From assembly GCA_964422145.1 (NCBI GenBank), contig CAYQZV010000009.1:6264-70263 (forward strand): a DNA stretch of 64,000 nucleotides, written 5' to 3'. A model generated the notes under the pieces. It made no database searches. It was given only the letters and a program-made list of their open reading frames with translations, and had not been told where the DNA came from. A program made the translations under genes and the position numbers. This DNA is from an uncultured bacterium (GTDB lineage Bacteria; Fidelibacterota; Marinisomatia; Marinisomatales; JACNKV01). Shown here piece after piece: positions 19,449 to 31,200 of this stretch (positions are counted from its first letter, which is position 1; each line of letters starts with the position of its first letter).

Positions 19449-20195
19449 ATGATTACCTGGATTTATACATTTATCACCATTTTTATCATTAGTCTCTTGT
19501 CATTTACGGGAGCGCTGACGTTATCATTAAATAAAAAGACCTTATCCAAAACAATCCAGCTGATGGTCAGTTTTGCGGTTGGCAGTTTGTTTGGTGGAGC
19601 GTTTCTCCATTTAATCCCGGAAATTTTTGAACACAGCAGATCTATTACATTTTCGTCAATGCATATACTGATCGGTATTATTCTATTTTTCCTTTTGGAG
19701 AAGATAGTCCGATGGCGTCATTGCCACAATATTGATTGTGAAAATCATCACACGCATTTGGTTCCGATGAATCTCGTTGGGGACGCCATGCATAACCTCA
19801 TCGACGGGTTGATTATCGGAGCCGCATTTCAAGTAAGCATCCCCATGGGGATAGCCACAGCGTTTGCGGTAGCCTTGCATGAATTACCCCAAGAGATCGG
19901 AGATTTCGGTGTGCTTGTACAAGGCGGTCTATCCGTAAAGCGAGCATTGATGTTTAATTTCCTCATTTCACTGACTTCTTTTCTGGGGGCAGGGATTGCA
20001 TTACTCGTGGGTGAATACTCTCACACATTCATTGATGCGTTGTTACCTATCACTGCGGGAGGATTTATCTATATTGCAGGCTCTGATCTTATTCCGGAGT
20101 TACATCATCAGACCCATATCAAGAAATCGATTCAGCAATTGGTTTTTATTCTTCTTGGGCTTGGGATCATGTACCTTCTTAAGATTTTCCATTGA
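19449..20195 (+). CDS. zupT: ZIP-family divalent metal (zinc) transporter
   Basis: Polytopic membrane protein with a His-rich loop (HCHNIDCENHHTH) and the ZIP signature HELPQEIGDFGVL. Confidence 0.8.
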   Translation: MITWIYTFITIFIISLLSFTGALTLSLNKKTLSKTIQLMVSFAVGSLFGGAFLHLIPEIFEHSRSITFSSMHILIGIILFFLLEKIVRWRHCHNIDCENHHTHLVPMNLVGDAMHNLIDGLIIGAAFQVSIPMGIATAFAVALHELPQEIGDFGVLVQGGLSVKRALMFNFLISLTSFLGAGIALLVGEYSHTFIDALLPITAGGFIYIAGSDLIPELHHQTHIKKSIQQLVFILLGLGIMYLLKIFH

Positions 20196-20282
20196 TATTC
20201 AATTATATTTTGTTAATCAACTGAGCGTGTTGTACTTAGAATCCGTCTTTTGTCACGTGGTTTTTCCGTCGTAAATTTTTCT

Positions 20283-21390
20283 ATGGATTTTACTGAATTA
20301 AAAGAACAATTTCTCTCAACGGAATCAAAGCACCACGAATTGCGGAGGTATCTTTGACCTGGATTCCAAGAAAAGTGAATTAGAGATTTTACGGCAGAAA
20401 GCCCTCGTCCCGGATTTTTGGAATGATAATTCCAAAGCTGCATCCATTTTAAAAAAGACATCCGTATTAGAAAAAGAGATCACCTTATGGGCAGATCTTG
20501 AAACCCGGCATGGCGATATTGAAGTTCTGTTAGAATTTGCCGAAGAAGGTGAATCTACTCCCCAAGAAGTAAAAACAGAATTAAATCAGTATAAAAAAAT
20601 TGTAGAGGATTTAGAACTGCAGCTTATGCTGGGAGAGGCTACAGATCTTGAGAATGCTATTTTGACTATTCATCCGGGGGCAGGCGGAACCGAGAGTCAA
20701 GACTGGGCAAATATGCTATTTCGTTTGTATTCAAGATGGATTGAGCAGAAAGATTTTAAAATGACTCTGTTGGATTATCAACCGGGTGATGAAGCAGGGA
20801 TCAAAGATGTGACAATGGAAATAAAAGGAGATTTTGCTTATGGTCTGCTTAAAGCAGAAGCCGGGGTTCATCGTTTAGTCAGAATATCTCCTTTTGATGC
20901 AAACAGCAGACGACATACATCATTTGCGTCGATATTTGTGTATCCATCTACCGATGAGGAGATTGACATCGAAATTGATCCGAATGATTTACGCATTGAT
21001 ACATACAGAGCCAGCGGCGCCGGAGGACAACATGTCAATAAAACAGATTCTGCGATTCGTATTACACACCTCCCTACCGGTGTGGTTGTCCAATGCCAAA
21101 ATGAACGGTCTCAGCACAAAAATAAAGCTCAGGCAATGAAAGTGCTGAAAGCCCGATTATACCAAATAGAATTAGAAAAAGAAAAAGAAGCCACAAAAGA
21201 ATTAGAGGATAAAAAATTAGATATCGGATGGGGGAGTCAAATTCGCTCGTATGTATTCCATCCGTATAATATGGTGAAGGATCATCGAACGAAAGAAGAA
21301 ACCGGAAATATTCAAGCGGTAATGGATGGTCAGATCGATCGATTCATCCGGTCATATTTAATTCAAAATATCGGTGAGAAATCCTCATAA
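20283..21390 (+). CDS. prfB: peptide chain release factor 2, requiring a programmed +1 ribosomal frameshift at 20352-20358
   Basis: Frame 0 runs ATG 20283 ... CGG AGG TAT CTT TGA (stop at 20355-20357). The +1 frame from 20356 reads DLDSKKSELEILRQKALVPDFWND... and continues into the tracked ORF 20626..21390, which has SPF and GGQHVNK motifs. Combined length is ~368 aa, typical of RF2. Confidence 0.9.
20344..20358 (+). other. prfB +1 frameshift cassette: internal SD-like GGAGG, 3-nt spacer, CTT TGA C slippery/stop site
   Basis: GGAGGTATCTTTGAC has the same layout as the classical E. coli prfB site AGGGGGUAUCUUUGAC. Confidence 0.9.
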
Positions 21391-21423
21391 ATAAACACCC
21401 GTAAACAGAAACAGAATGAAGTC

Positions 21424-22917
21424 ATGTCAGAAGAACAACGCTCACTAAATCAGATTATTAATTTCCGTATCGAAAAACTCCAAAAACTTCGAGAGAACGG
21501 AGTCAATCCTTATCCTTATTCATATCAAACCTCTCACTACAGTGACGAGATTCTTGGTGATTATGATAAATTTGAGAAGAAAGATGTTTCTGTCGCTGGA
21601 CGGATTATGTCCTTACGAAAAATGGGTAAAGCTGCGTTTTGCCATATCCAAGACAGCCATGGGAAAATCCAGACCTACATTCGAAGAGATGATGTAGGAA
21701 CAGAATCTTATAGCAATTTCAAACTGTTGGATATCGGCGATTTTATCGGTGTGAAAGGATACGTGTTTAAAACAAAGACAGATGAGATATCCATTCATGC
21801 GACATCAGTCACTATTTTATCAAAAAGTATTCGTCCGCTGCCGATCGTAAAAGAAAAGGACGATCAGGTATTTGATGCTTTTTCGGATAAGGAGCAAAGA
21901 TACAGAAACCGGCATGTTGATTTAGCGGTGAACCCGGAGATTCGAAAGACGTTTATTGATCGCGGAAAAATTGTTTCGGCTTTAAGGCAATTTTTGGACA
22001 ATCGTGGATTTTTAGAAGTAGAAACACCGGTGCTTCAGCCTTTGTACGGCGGTGCAAATGCCAGACCGTTTGTGACGCATCACAATACATTAGACCAAGA
22101 ACTTTACCTTCGAATCGCGGATGAACTTTATTTGAAACGATTGATCATCGGCGGATTTGATAAAGTGTACGAATTAGCGAAAGACTTTCGTAATGAGGGC
22201 ATGGATCGAAACCACAATCCTGAATTCACAATGTTGGAATTCTACCAGGCTTATGCAGATTATAAGGATATGATGGACCTTGTGGAAGAATTATTTCGGT
22301 TTTCAGCCGAAACAACCGGCTCTCTTCAAAAAACGTGGGGAGATATGGAAATTGATCTATCAAAACCGTTTCAAAGAATTCCGTTCTTTACGTTATTGAA
22401 TGATGCTGTTGGGCAAGATGTGTCCAATGCGGATATTCCTGAATTAAGAGCTGTTTGTAAAACAAAGAATATTGAAGTTTCTGATCAAGCTAATTATGGA
22501 CAGATCCTTGACGAGATTATGAGAAGACTCGTTGAACCGAACTTGATTCAGCCGACGTTCATTATGGATTATCCGAAAGCGATCTCTCCTTTAGCCAAAA
22601 AACATCGCAGCGGAGATGAAAATATCGTGGAACGATTTGAACTATTTATCGGAGCTGCAGAGTTCGCGAATTCTTTTTCAGAACTGAATGACCCAATCGA
22701 TCAGCGGCAGCGACTCGAAGCGCAGGCAGCTCTCCGACAAAAAGGGGATGAGGAAGCTCAGCCCGTCGATGAAAACTTCCTTCAAGCTGTTGAGTATGGT
22801 ATGCCTCCAACCGGCGGAGTAGGAATTGGCGTTGACCGATTAGTTATGCTATTAACGGGTAACCGCTGGATTAAGGATGTTCTCTTGTTCCCTGCGATGA
22901 AATCTATCGAGGATTAG
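21424..22917 (+). CDS. lysS: lysine--tRNA ligase (class II)
   Basis: OB-fold anticodon-binding N-terminus and class II motifs (FRNEGMDRNHNPEFTMLE, GIGVDRLVMLL). The prfB-lysS order is conserved. Confidence 0.95.
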   Translation: MSEEQRSLNQIINFRIEKLQKLRENGVNPYPYSYQTSHYSDEILGDYDKFEKKDVSVAGRIMSLRKMGKAAFCHIQDSHGKIQTYIRRDDVGTESYSNFKLLDIGDFIGVKGYVFKTKTDEISIHATSVTILSKSIRPLPIVKEKDDQVFDAFSDKEQRYRNRHVDLAVNPEIRKTFIDRGKIVSALRQFLDNRGFLEVETPVLQPLYGGANARPFVTHHNTLDQELYLRIADELYLKRLIIGGFDKVYELAKDFRNEGMDRNHNPEFTMLEFYQAYADYKDMMDLVEELFRFSAETTGSLQKTWGDMEIDLSKPFQRIPFFTLLNDAVGQDVSNADIPELRAVCKTKNIEVSDQANYGQILDEIMRRLVEPNLIQPTFIMDYPKAISPLAKKHRSGDENIVERFELFIGAAEFANSFSELNDPIDQRQRLEAQAALRQKGDEEAQPVDENFLQAVEYGMPPTGGVGIGVDRLVMLLTGNRWIKDVLLFPAMKSIED

Positions 22918-22944
22918 CTTCCTTATAATCATATCAACTTCCCG

Positions 22945-24147
22945 ATGATGGGTATTCTTCAAGTCATCTCATACCGGCATCTTCGCTCTCCTCAAAAAGG
23001 CAGTTTCTCTACTTTCGTCGGTGTGCTGGCTGTTGTGGGTTTAGGAATTGGTTTAGCTTCTTTAATCATCACCTTGAGCATCCTTGAAGGATTCGAAACC
23101 ACAATCTCAGAGAAAATTGCCGGATTTGACGGGCATGCACGTCTTCAGCACTTCATGGATCAACCGGTTTCAATTGATACAAAAATTGATACTGTATTAA
23201 AAGATATCCCGGGAAGCCGGTCAGTCTCCTTCATCCAAAAACCAGCCTTGATACGGGTTAAGACCAAAACAGAAGGAGTAATCGTTGAAGGGCTAGAAAA
23301 AATGGATCAACGTTTCGCTCTGTCGGAGATCCTTGTTGAGGGAACACCAGAATTGGAATCCGGAACAATTATTCTTGGAAAACGGTTAGCGGATGAACTT
23401 AAAATTTCTACCGGCGATCATACGGTCCTTTTTGATATCTCATCGTTTACAAATGTCCTGGGTAAAAAACGTTTACAATCGTTTAAAGTTCAAGGATTAT
23501 TTCACTCCGGATTGTTGGAATATGATAAGTCCGTCGTGTATCTTACATTATCTGATGCGCAAAAAATATTTGGGATGACAAGTACAATTACCGGAAAAAT
23601 GCTTTGGTTTGATGATATCGGTAAAACACAGGATTATGTAAGAACGATGGATCAGAAGCTGAACTATCCATGGTATGTAATGTCTTGGAAGGATAAGCAT
23701 CGAATCCTATTTGAATGGATTCGGGTACAGAGATGGCCAATTTTGATCATTTTTGGAATGATCGCTTTTGTGGGGATTGTGAATATCATTTCAGCGATGG
23801 CGATGATCATTACAGAAAAAACAAGAGAAATAGGAACGTTAATGTCTTTTGGATTTACCCGAAAAATGATTCGATGGATATTCGTTTTGGAAGGGGCGAT
23901 TATCGGTTTAGCCGGAGCTTTATTTGGCGTTGTGCTTTCTGTGATACTTATTTGGCTGCAAATTCAGTATCAATTTGTTGGCATCCCTGAAGATGTATAT
24001 TTTATGGACCAAGTTCCGATGGCTGTGAATGCTTATATTATTATCTGGGTCGGAGTAATTGGGTTTTTGATGTCAGTGCTTGCTTCTTTATGGCCTTCCG
24101 TTGCAGCAAGAAATGTACAACCCGCAAAAGCGCTTCAGTATGAATAG
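22945..24147 (+). CDS. lipoprotein-releasing ABC transporter permease (LolC/LolE family, FtsX domain)
   Basis: One N-terminal TM helix, a large periplasmic MacB-like domain and three C-terminal TM helices. ~400 aa. It is followed by a paralog and by lolD. Confidence 0.8.
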   Translation: MMGILQVISYRHLRSPQKGSFSTFVGVLAVVGLGIGLASLIITLSILEGFETTISEKIAGFDGHARLQHFMDQPVSIDTKIDTVLKDIPGSRSVSFIQKPALIRVKTKTEGVIVEGLEKMDQRFALSEILVEGTPELESGTIILGKRLADELKISTGDHTVLFDISSFTNVLGKKRLQSFKVQGLFHSGLLEYDKSVVYLTLSDAQKIFGMTSTITGKMLWFDDIGKTQDYVRTMDQKLNYPWYVMSWKDKHRILFEWIRVQRWPILIIFGMIAFVGIVNIISAMAMIITEKTREIGTLMSFGFTRKMIRWIFVLEGAIIGLAGALFGVVLSVILIWLQIQYQFVGIPEDVYFMDQVPMAVNAYIIIWVGVIGFLMSVLASLWPSVAARNVQPAKALQYE

Positions 24148-24160
24148 TGATCGATAGGAA

Positions 24161-25354
24161 ATGAAGTATACGACCTATATTGCGAAACGTTTCTTGCTCG
24201 GTGGAAAAGGATCGAGCACAAGCAAATTTACAGGATGGGTTGCCATCATTGGTATGGCAGTCGGCAGTTTTGCATTAGTTTTATCTATCGCTGTATTAAA
24301 CGGATTTGAACAGCGCGTAAACGATAAAATCCGCGGATTGGAAGGCGATATAAGACTTACCGGCGATCAAAATAGTTTAAATGACTGTGAATCATATATC
24401 CATTCGACATACGCAGAGGTTAATGTCATGCCGTTTATAGAGAGAAATGGTTTGATCCAAGGATCATCAAATAATTCCAGACTCGTGACATTAAAAGCGG
24501 TTTCTATTACAGATCTTACATCATTTTACGATTTGAATTTTGAAACCAATTTTTTAAAAACAGAAAGTCCTCCTGTTATTATCGGAAGATTAGTTGCGGA
24601 TAGATTGAATCTTCAAATAGGCGATGATATAATGTTGGTAAATCCAACTGACCCGCTTTCGAGTTTCAGTTTACCTCGCAGAGTAAAGGGAGTGGTATCC
24701 GGAATTTTTCGAGCGAATGTTCTGGATTATGATGATAGATTGGTTTTCATCCCTTTCGAAGTAGGGAAATCCCTCTTTAACCGTCATCAAGAAAGGGGCG
24801 GTATTGACATTCGATGTGCGGATGATTCATTAATCCCAATTCTAAAAAACGATTTGAAAAGGAAGTTCAACCAGATAACATTAACGACTTGGGATAAAAT
24901 ACACGAAAGTCTCTTCCAAGCGATGAAGATGGAAAGGATAGGTGCAATTGCTGTTTTGAGTCTGATCATTTTGGTCGCATCCTTTAATTTGACATCGACA
25001 TTGGTTTTGATCACGGTTCAAAAAATAAGTCAAATAGGAATTTTGCGTACTGTGGGGGCGACATCCTCTGCTATAAGGTCAATTATTATAAAACAGGGAT
25101 TAATGGTAGGTGGAATTGGAATGCTGATCGGAATTTCTTTAAGCGGGACCATTATTCTTACCCAATATTATTATGATATTCTTCCTCTGCCGGAGGACAT
25201 ATACTTTATGGATACTCTTCCTATGATCATAACATTAAAAGATATAATAATTGTACCCGTCATTACTATTCTTGTGATAAGTTTGTCCTCGTGGCTGGCG
25301 GCAAAACGAGCGGTCATTATTCAACCAAAAGAAGCTGTGCATATAGACAAATGA
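24161..25354 (+). CDS. lipoprotein-releasing ABC transporter permease (LolC/LolE family, FtsX domain), second copy
   Basis: Same architecture as the upstream gene. Its stop overlaps the lolD start (ATGA). Confidence 0.8.
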   Translation: MKYTTYIAKRFLLGGKGSSTSKFTGWVAIIGMAVGSFALVLSIAVLNGFEQRVNDKIRGLEGDIRLTGDQNSLNDCESYIHSTYAEVNVMPFIERNGLIQGSSNNSRLVTLKAVSITDLTSFYDLNFETNFLKTESPPVIIGRLVADRLNLQIGDDIMLVNPTDPLSSFSLPRRVKGVVSGIFRANVLDYDDRLVFIPFEVGKSLFNRHQERGGIDIRCADDSLIPILKNDLKRKFNQITLTTWDKIHESLFQAMKMERIGAIAVLSLIILVASFNLTSTLVLITVQKISQIGILRTVGATSSAIRSIIIKQGLMVGGIGMLIGISLSGTIILTQYYYDILPLPEDIYFMDTLPMIITLKDIIIVPVITILVISLSSWLAAKRAVIIQPKEAVHIDK

Positions 25355-26025
25355 TTTTAACTGCTGAAAATATAACAAAGTCCTTTCGTAACGGATCGAA
25401 AGAACTACCGGTTTTAAAGGGAATCAATTTACACGTTGCGGAAAGTGAGATCGTTACTATTATGGGTCCATCCGGATCTGGAAAATCAACGTTGTTAAAC
25501 ATATTGGGAACACTTGATGCTGCCGATACCGGAGTTTTGAAAATAAATGGTATGGACACAGCAACCTTAAATGATACTGAAATATCAGAGTTAAGAAATT
25601 CTCACATCGGATTTGTATTTCAGTTTCATCATTTGCTGCCGGAGTTTACAGCACTCGAGAATGTTCTGATTCCCGCAAGAATTTCAAACAAGGGTTCAGA
25701 AATCAACCAAAGAGCTTTAGAGATGTTTGAGTATATGGGTCTTGTAGACCGCATGGATCATTACCCATCACAACTATCAGGGGGTGAGCGGTCTAGGGTT
25801 GCTGTATTGAGGGCCATGATTAATGCACCGAGTTTAATCCTTACCGATGAACCCACTGGAAATCTCGATCAAAGAAATGCGGACAGATTATTACAATTAT
25901 TTCAACAAATTTGTCGTGATTTTCAAAAGACTCTTGTTATAACGACCCACGATCCTCATGTTGCATCCATTGGGCACAAACGCTATCATTTAGAAGAAGG
26001 AAAGCTCGAAGAATTGAATCAGTAA
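25351..26025 (+). CDS. lolD: lipoprotein-releasing ABC transporter ATP-binding protein
   Basis: Walker A GPSGSGKST, signature LSGGERSR and Walker B LILTDEPTGNLD. I chose the ATG at 25351 (ATGA overlap) over the tracked 25291 start. Confidence 0.85.
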   Translation: MILTAENITKSFRNGSKELPVLKGINLHVAESEIVTIMGPSGSGKSTLLNILGTLDAADTGVLKINGMDTATLNDTEISELRNSHIGFVFQFHHLLPEFTALENVLIPARISNKGSEINQRALEMFEYMGLVDRMDHYPSQLSGGERSRVAVLRAMINAPSLILTDEPTGNLDQRNADRLLQLFQQICRDFQKTLVITTHDPHVASIGHKRYHLEEGKLEELNQ

Positions 26026-26100
26026 TATTTTGATCCATCAGATTTCCCTTTTTGCTCATTTTCTACTTCATAACATTTTTAAGTCCAATACCGTCTTAAT

Positions 26101-26142
26101 TCTGCCATATATGTTGATATATTAAACACAGTCTGCCATATA
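26101..26142 (+). promoter_or_regulatory. two copies of TCTGCCATATA (26101-26111 and 26132-26142) flanking a near-palindrome GTTGATATATTAAC; possible heat-shock promoter or operator of dnaK
   Basis: Exact 11-nt direct repeat 31 nt apart, ~75-115 nt upstream of the dnaK ATG. The second copy, with GTTGAT 15 nt upstream, loosely resembles a sigma-32-type promoter (CTTGAA-N13-17-CCCCATnT). Confidence 0.3.
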
Positions 26143-26180
26143 GGCTTACTATAGTCAATGGCATGTTTTTTGAGAAATAG

Positions 26181-28115
<1,935 letters not shown>

Positions 28116-28133
28116 GTAAATTATACGATTGAT

Positions 28134-28172
28134 AAAAAAAGCGTTCTTTTCAGAACGCTTTTTTTGTTTTTC
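28134..28172 (+). terminator. rho-independent terminator after dnaK
   Basis: AAAAAGCGTTCT-TTTC-AGAACGCTTTTT hairpin (GCGTTCT 28141-28147 pairs with AGAACGC 28152-28158), followed by TTTTTTTGTTTTT. Confidence 0.85.
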
Positions 28173-28220
28173 GGGATCATACCTTGTAATTTCTTCGTAT
28201 AATTGATCATTGATTTCAAT

Positions 28221-31200
28221 ATGAAACGTACCATTCAAATCATTTTTGCGATAAGTTTAATTATCATTATTGGGGGTGTGGCTGCTCTCAATACTTCCAT
28301 TTGGAAAGATCAGATCGAATCTTACATAAATCGGGAACTAATGAGCGACAGCGAATGGACTATATCAATCGGGTCTTTAAATGGGAATCTTCTGTTTGAA
28401 GTTACCGGCACAGACATCAAAGTTCTGAATAACAAAAATGAAGTCTTTGTTAAGTTACCCGTACTGTCCTTTGATTTGGATATTTTGTCTTTCATGTCGG
28501 ATAGTCCCAAGCTCAAATTTATAGAAGCAAATGACTTTTTAGTATCGATTGAAAAGGGAGAAAAATCCGACGTATCCATTCAATCAAACGAAGATATGGT
28601 CAATATTCCTTTCCAAGTTGAACGCTTGAATCTTTCAGGAAGATTACACATTCCTATGATTGATCCGAATATCGAGATTAAAACGGAGTTGACCGGATCG
28701 ATATTAAAAGAAAACGGAAAAACAGAATGGAATATCAGAGATTTTGTTTTAACAGATAATGACTCCCTTGTATGTCTGAGTTTTGAAAAACTATCCGTTG
28801 AAATAGATTCAACAATGATCGTAGCCTATCCCTTAATCGGTGAGGTGTCCTCGATCCCAATTGATGGGAAAATAGTATATTCACCACTTCAGGATGAAAA
28901 ACTGAGGGGTATAATTTCATTTAAAGATTACACAATCCCGGAAAACTTATATACAAAAATTCCTCTTAAGCACAAATTCTCAAAGATATCCGGAGAGGTT
29001 AGTGTTGTAACAGATTTTCAATCACTAAACGGAAATCTGATTTTAGAGAATGAGTTGGGCTTGAATATGTCCGGAGATTTCTCATTAACCCAAGATAAAG
29101 ACCACGTTTTACTTAATCATCTGAATCTGCAAGACGATGATACTCAGTTATCCATTGGCGGACTGGTTGAGCGTTCAGGGAGGATCACCGGACGTACAGA
29201 GTTATCGGATTTTGATATCAGTCAATGGTTAGTGGATCAACGAAAAACGAACTTGAATGGTGTTTTGCTATTAAACGGGAATACAGATCAAGGGCAGATT
29301 ACAGATATCACGATGACGGTAGAAGTGATCGAATCAATGTTGTATTCCAAAGATGCTATCTCTCTTTCGGGCTCGGTTTCTTATCATGATAGTGTCTTAA
29401 CATTTCTTGACCCACTTTTTGTTGGCGTTGGACCGAGTTCGATTCAAGTACAAGGAAAAGCTGATTTACAATCCAATGATATTGATGTATCATTAGACCT
29501 CGACCAAGCAGGTGTGTTTTTGATCAATAATTTTTGGGCTGATACATTAAAACAGGGGACAGCAACAGGTTCTTTAAAGATACAAGGATCACTAACTCAA
29601 CCTGAAATTCGAGGTGAAGTAAATTGCGAAAATGTTATTTATAAGGATTTTTATTTAGGCTCTGCTTTATTAAATCTGAATATTAACAATGGATTTGATG
29701 TCACAGACGGATTTGTTCATTTGCAGTTTGAAGAAGGAATCTGGTATCGAAAAGAGAAAGAATATCATTGGGATCATGGAACCCTTGATGCTTCTTTTTA
29801 TCCAGATAAAATCGATATGGAAAACCTTCATATTTTTTCCGGAGATAATTTTATACAACTTTCAGCTGATTTAAAAAGGAATAACTCTGCCACAATCAAC
29901 CGGATTCAAATCCTCTATGACCAGCATTATTTAATTAATCCGAAACCTCTTGATATCACATACGGGAAACAAAAGATCAATTTGAAACAATTTCTACTGC
30001 ATATAGACGATGGGATCGTTGAAGGTTATTTTTCAAAAGGTGAAGAAATTGACGCATTGATAAAACTATCAAATATCGATGCAGGGATTGTATCATACCT
30101 GACGGATGATGCTCGAATGAAAATGAATGGGACCGCTTTTGGAGAATGTTCCATGAAAATATCTGATCAAGTAACAGGTATTGCTGTAGACTTAACGATA
30201 AAAGAAGGTGAATTTGCTAATCAGCCTTTTAATGATATGATCTTATCCTTTTTTATCCATGATGGAATTTTGAGTATTGAGAATATCAGTTTAACCAACC
30301 GAGGATTAACAGGCGCACAGATTAGCGGAATGATTCCATTGAAAGACACTGCGGTCAAAATTCCCTTTAACCTTGAATCTTCATTTCATAATCTAAATAT
30401 TGAAGTGTTCACCCAATTTATTCCCAATTGGTTTCAGCTTGGCGGTCAAATATCGGGAAACTACAATCTATCAGGAAATAGTAATCAGACAAAATTTGAT
30501 TTCGAAGTCGAAATCGAAAATGCAAAATTTGATCGAATCCCTCTAGGGTTTGTAACCGGGAACGGATTTTATGACGGGACATTTTTGAATTTTGCCTCAT
30601 TTTCGTCTGAATTTGGTGAAAAACATTTAGAAGGATCAGCTTCATTACCAATTGATTTTAACATCGGATCTGATCGGTTTGGAAGAGCGTTAATGAAAGA
30701 CCCTGTTCAAGTGGATGTTAAAGGTGAGGGGGATGAATTATGGTTTATGGATCCATACATATCAATCCTGGATTCAACTAAAACTGATTTCGATATGGTG
30801 CTGCAAATTTTTGGTACGTGGGAGAATTTAATCCGAGATGGATCCGTAGTTATAAACGGTGGAACCATTCATACGAGCTTGTTAGAGGACCCGATCTATA
30901 ACATTTCGGGCTCTGGGACGTGGGAGAACAACCAACTCATCATTCCTGAAATAAAAGGATTGCTGAAAGAAACAAAAACCAATAAACAAAATTTTGCCGT
31001 TTCCGGTCAATTAGACATGTCAAAATTCTTCCGACCGGATTATGATTTGAATGTAACGGGAAAGAGTATTTATTTCTCAGCGATAACTGAGGAGCTAAGC
31101 GGCACTGTGAATGTGGATGTTCAAATTGCGGGGAAAGACACAATTACAATCGAAGGAACCATCCCTGTTATTGATGTTGAAATGTATAAGGAGTTCACAG

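Noticed and set aside
20213-20461. 82-aa minus-strand ORF, and the apparent gene-free gap upstream of a truncated RF2 ORF
   Set aside because: The + strand here encodes the RF2 N-terminus once the +1 frameshift at 20355 is applied, so the antisense ORF is spurious.
25291-25350. Longer N-terminus for LolD, and similar TTG/GTG-extended starts for dnaK (26184), tamB (28203), sodB (51294), gmhA (41339) and the small ORF (43441)
   Set aside because: The extensions overlap upstream genes or lack homology. Downstream ATG codons have Shine-Dalgarno sites or ATGA coupling and match the conserved protein N-termini.
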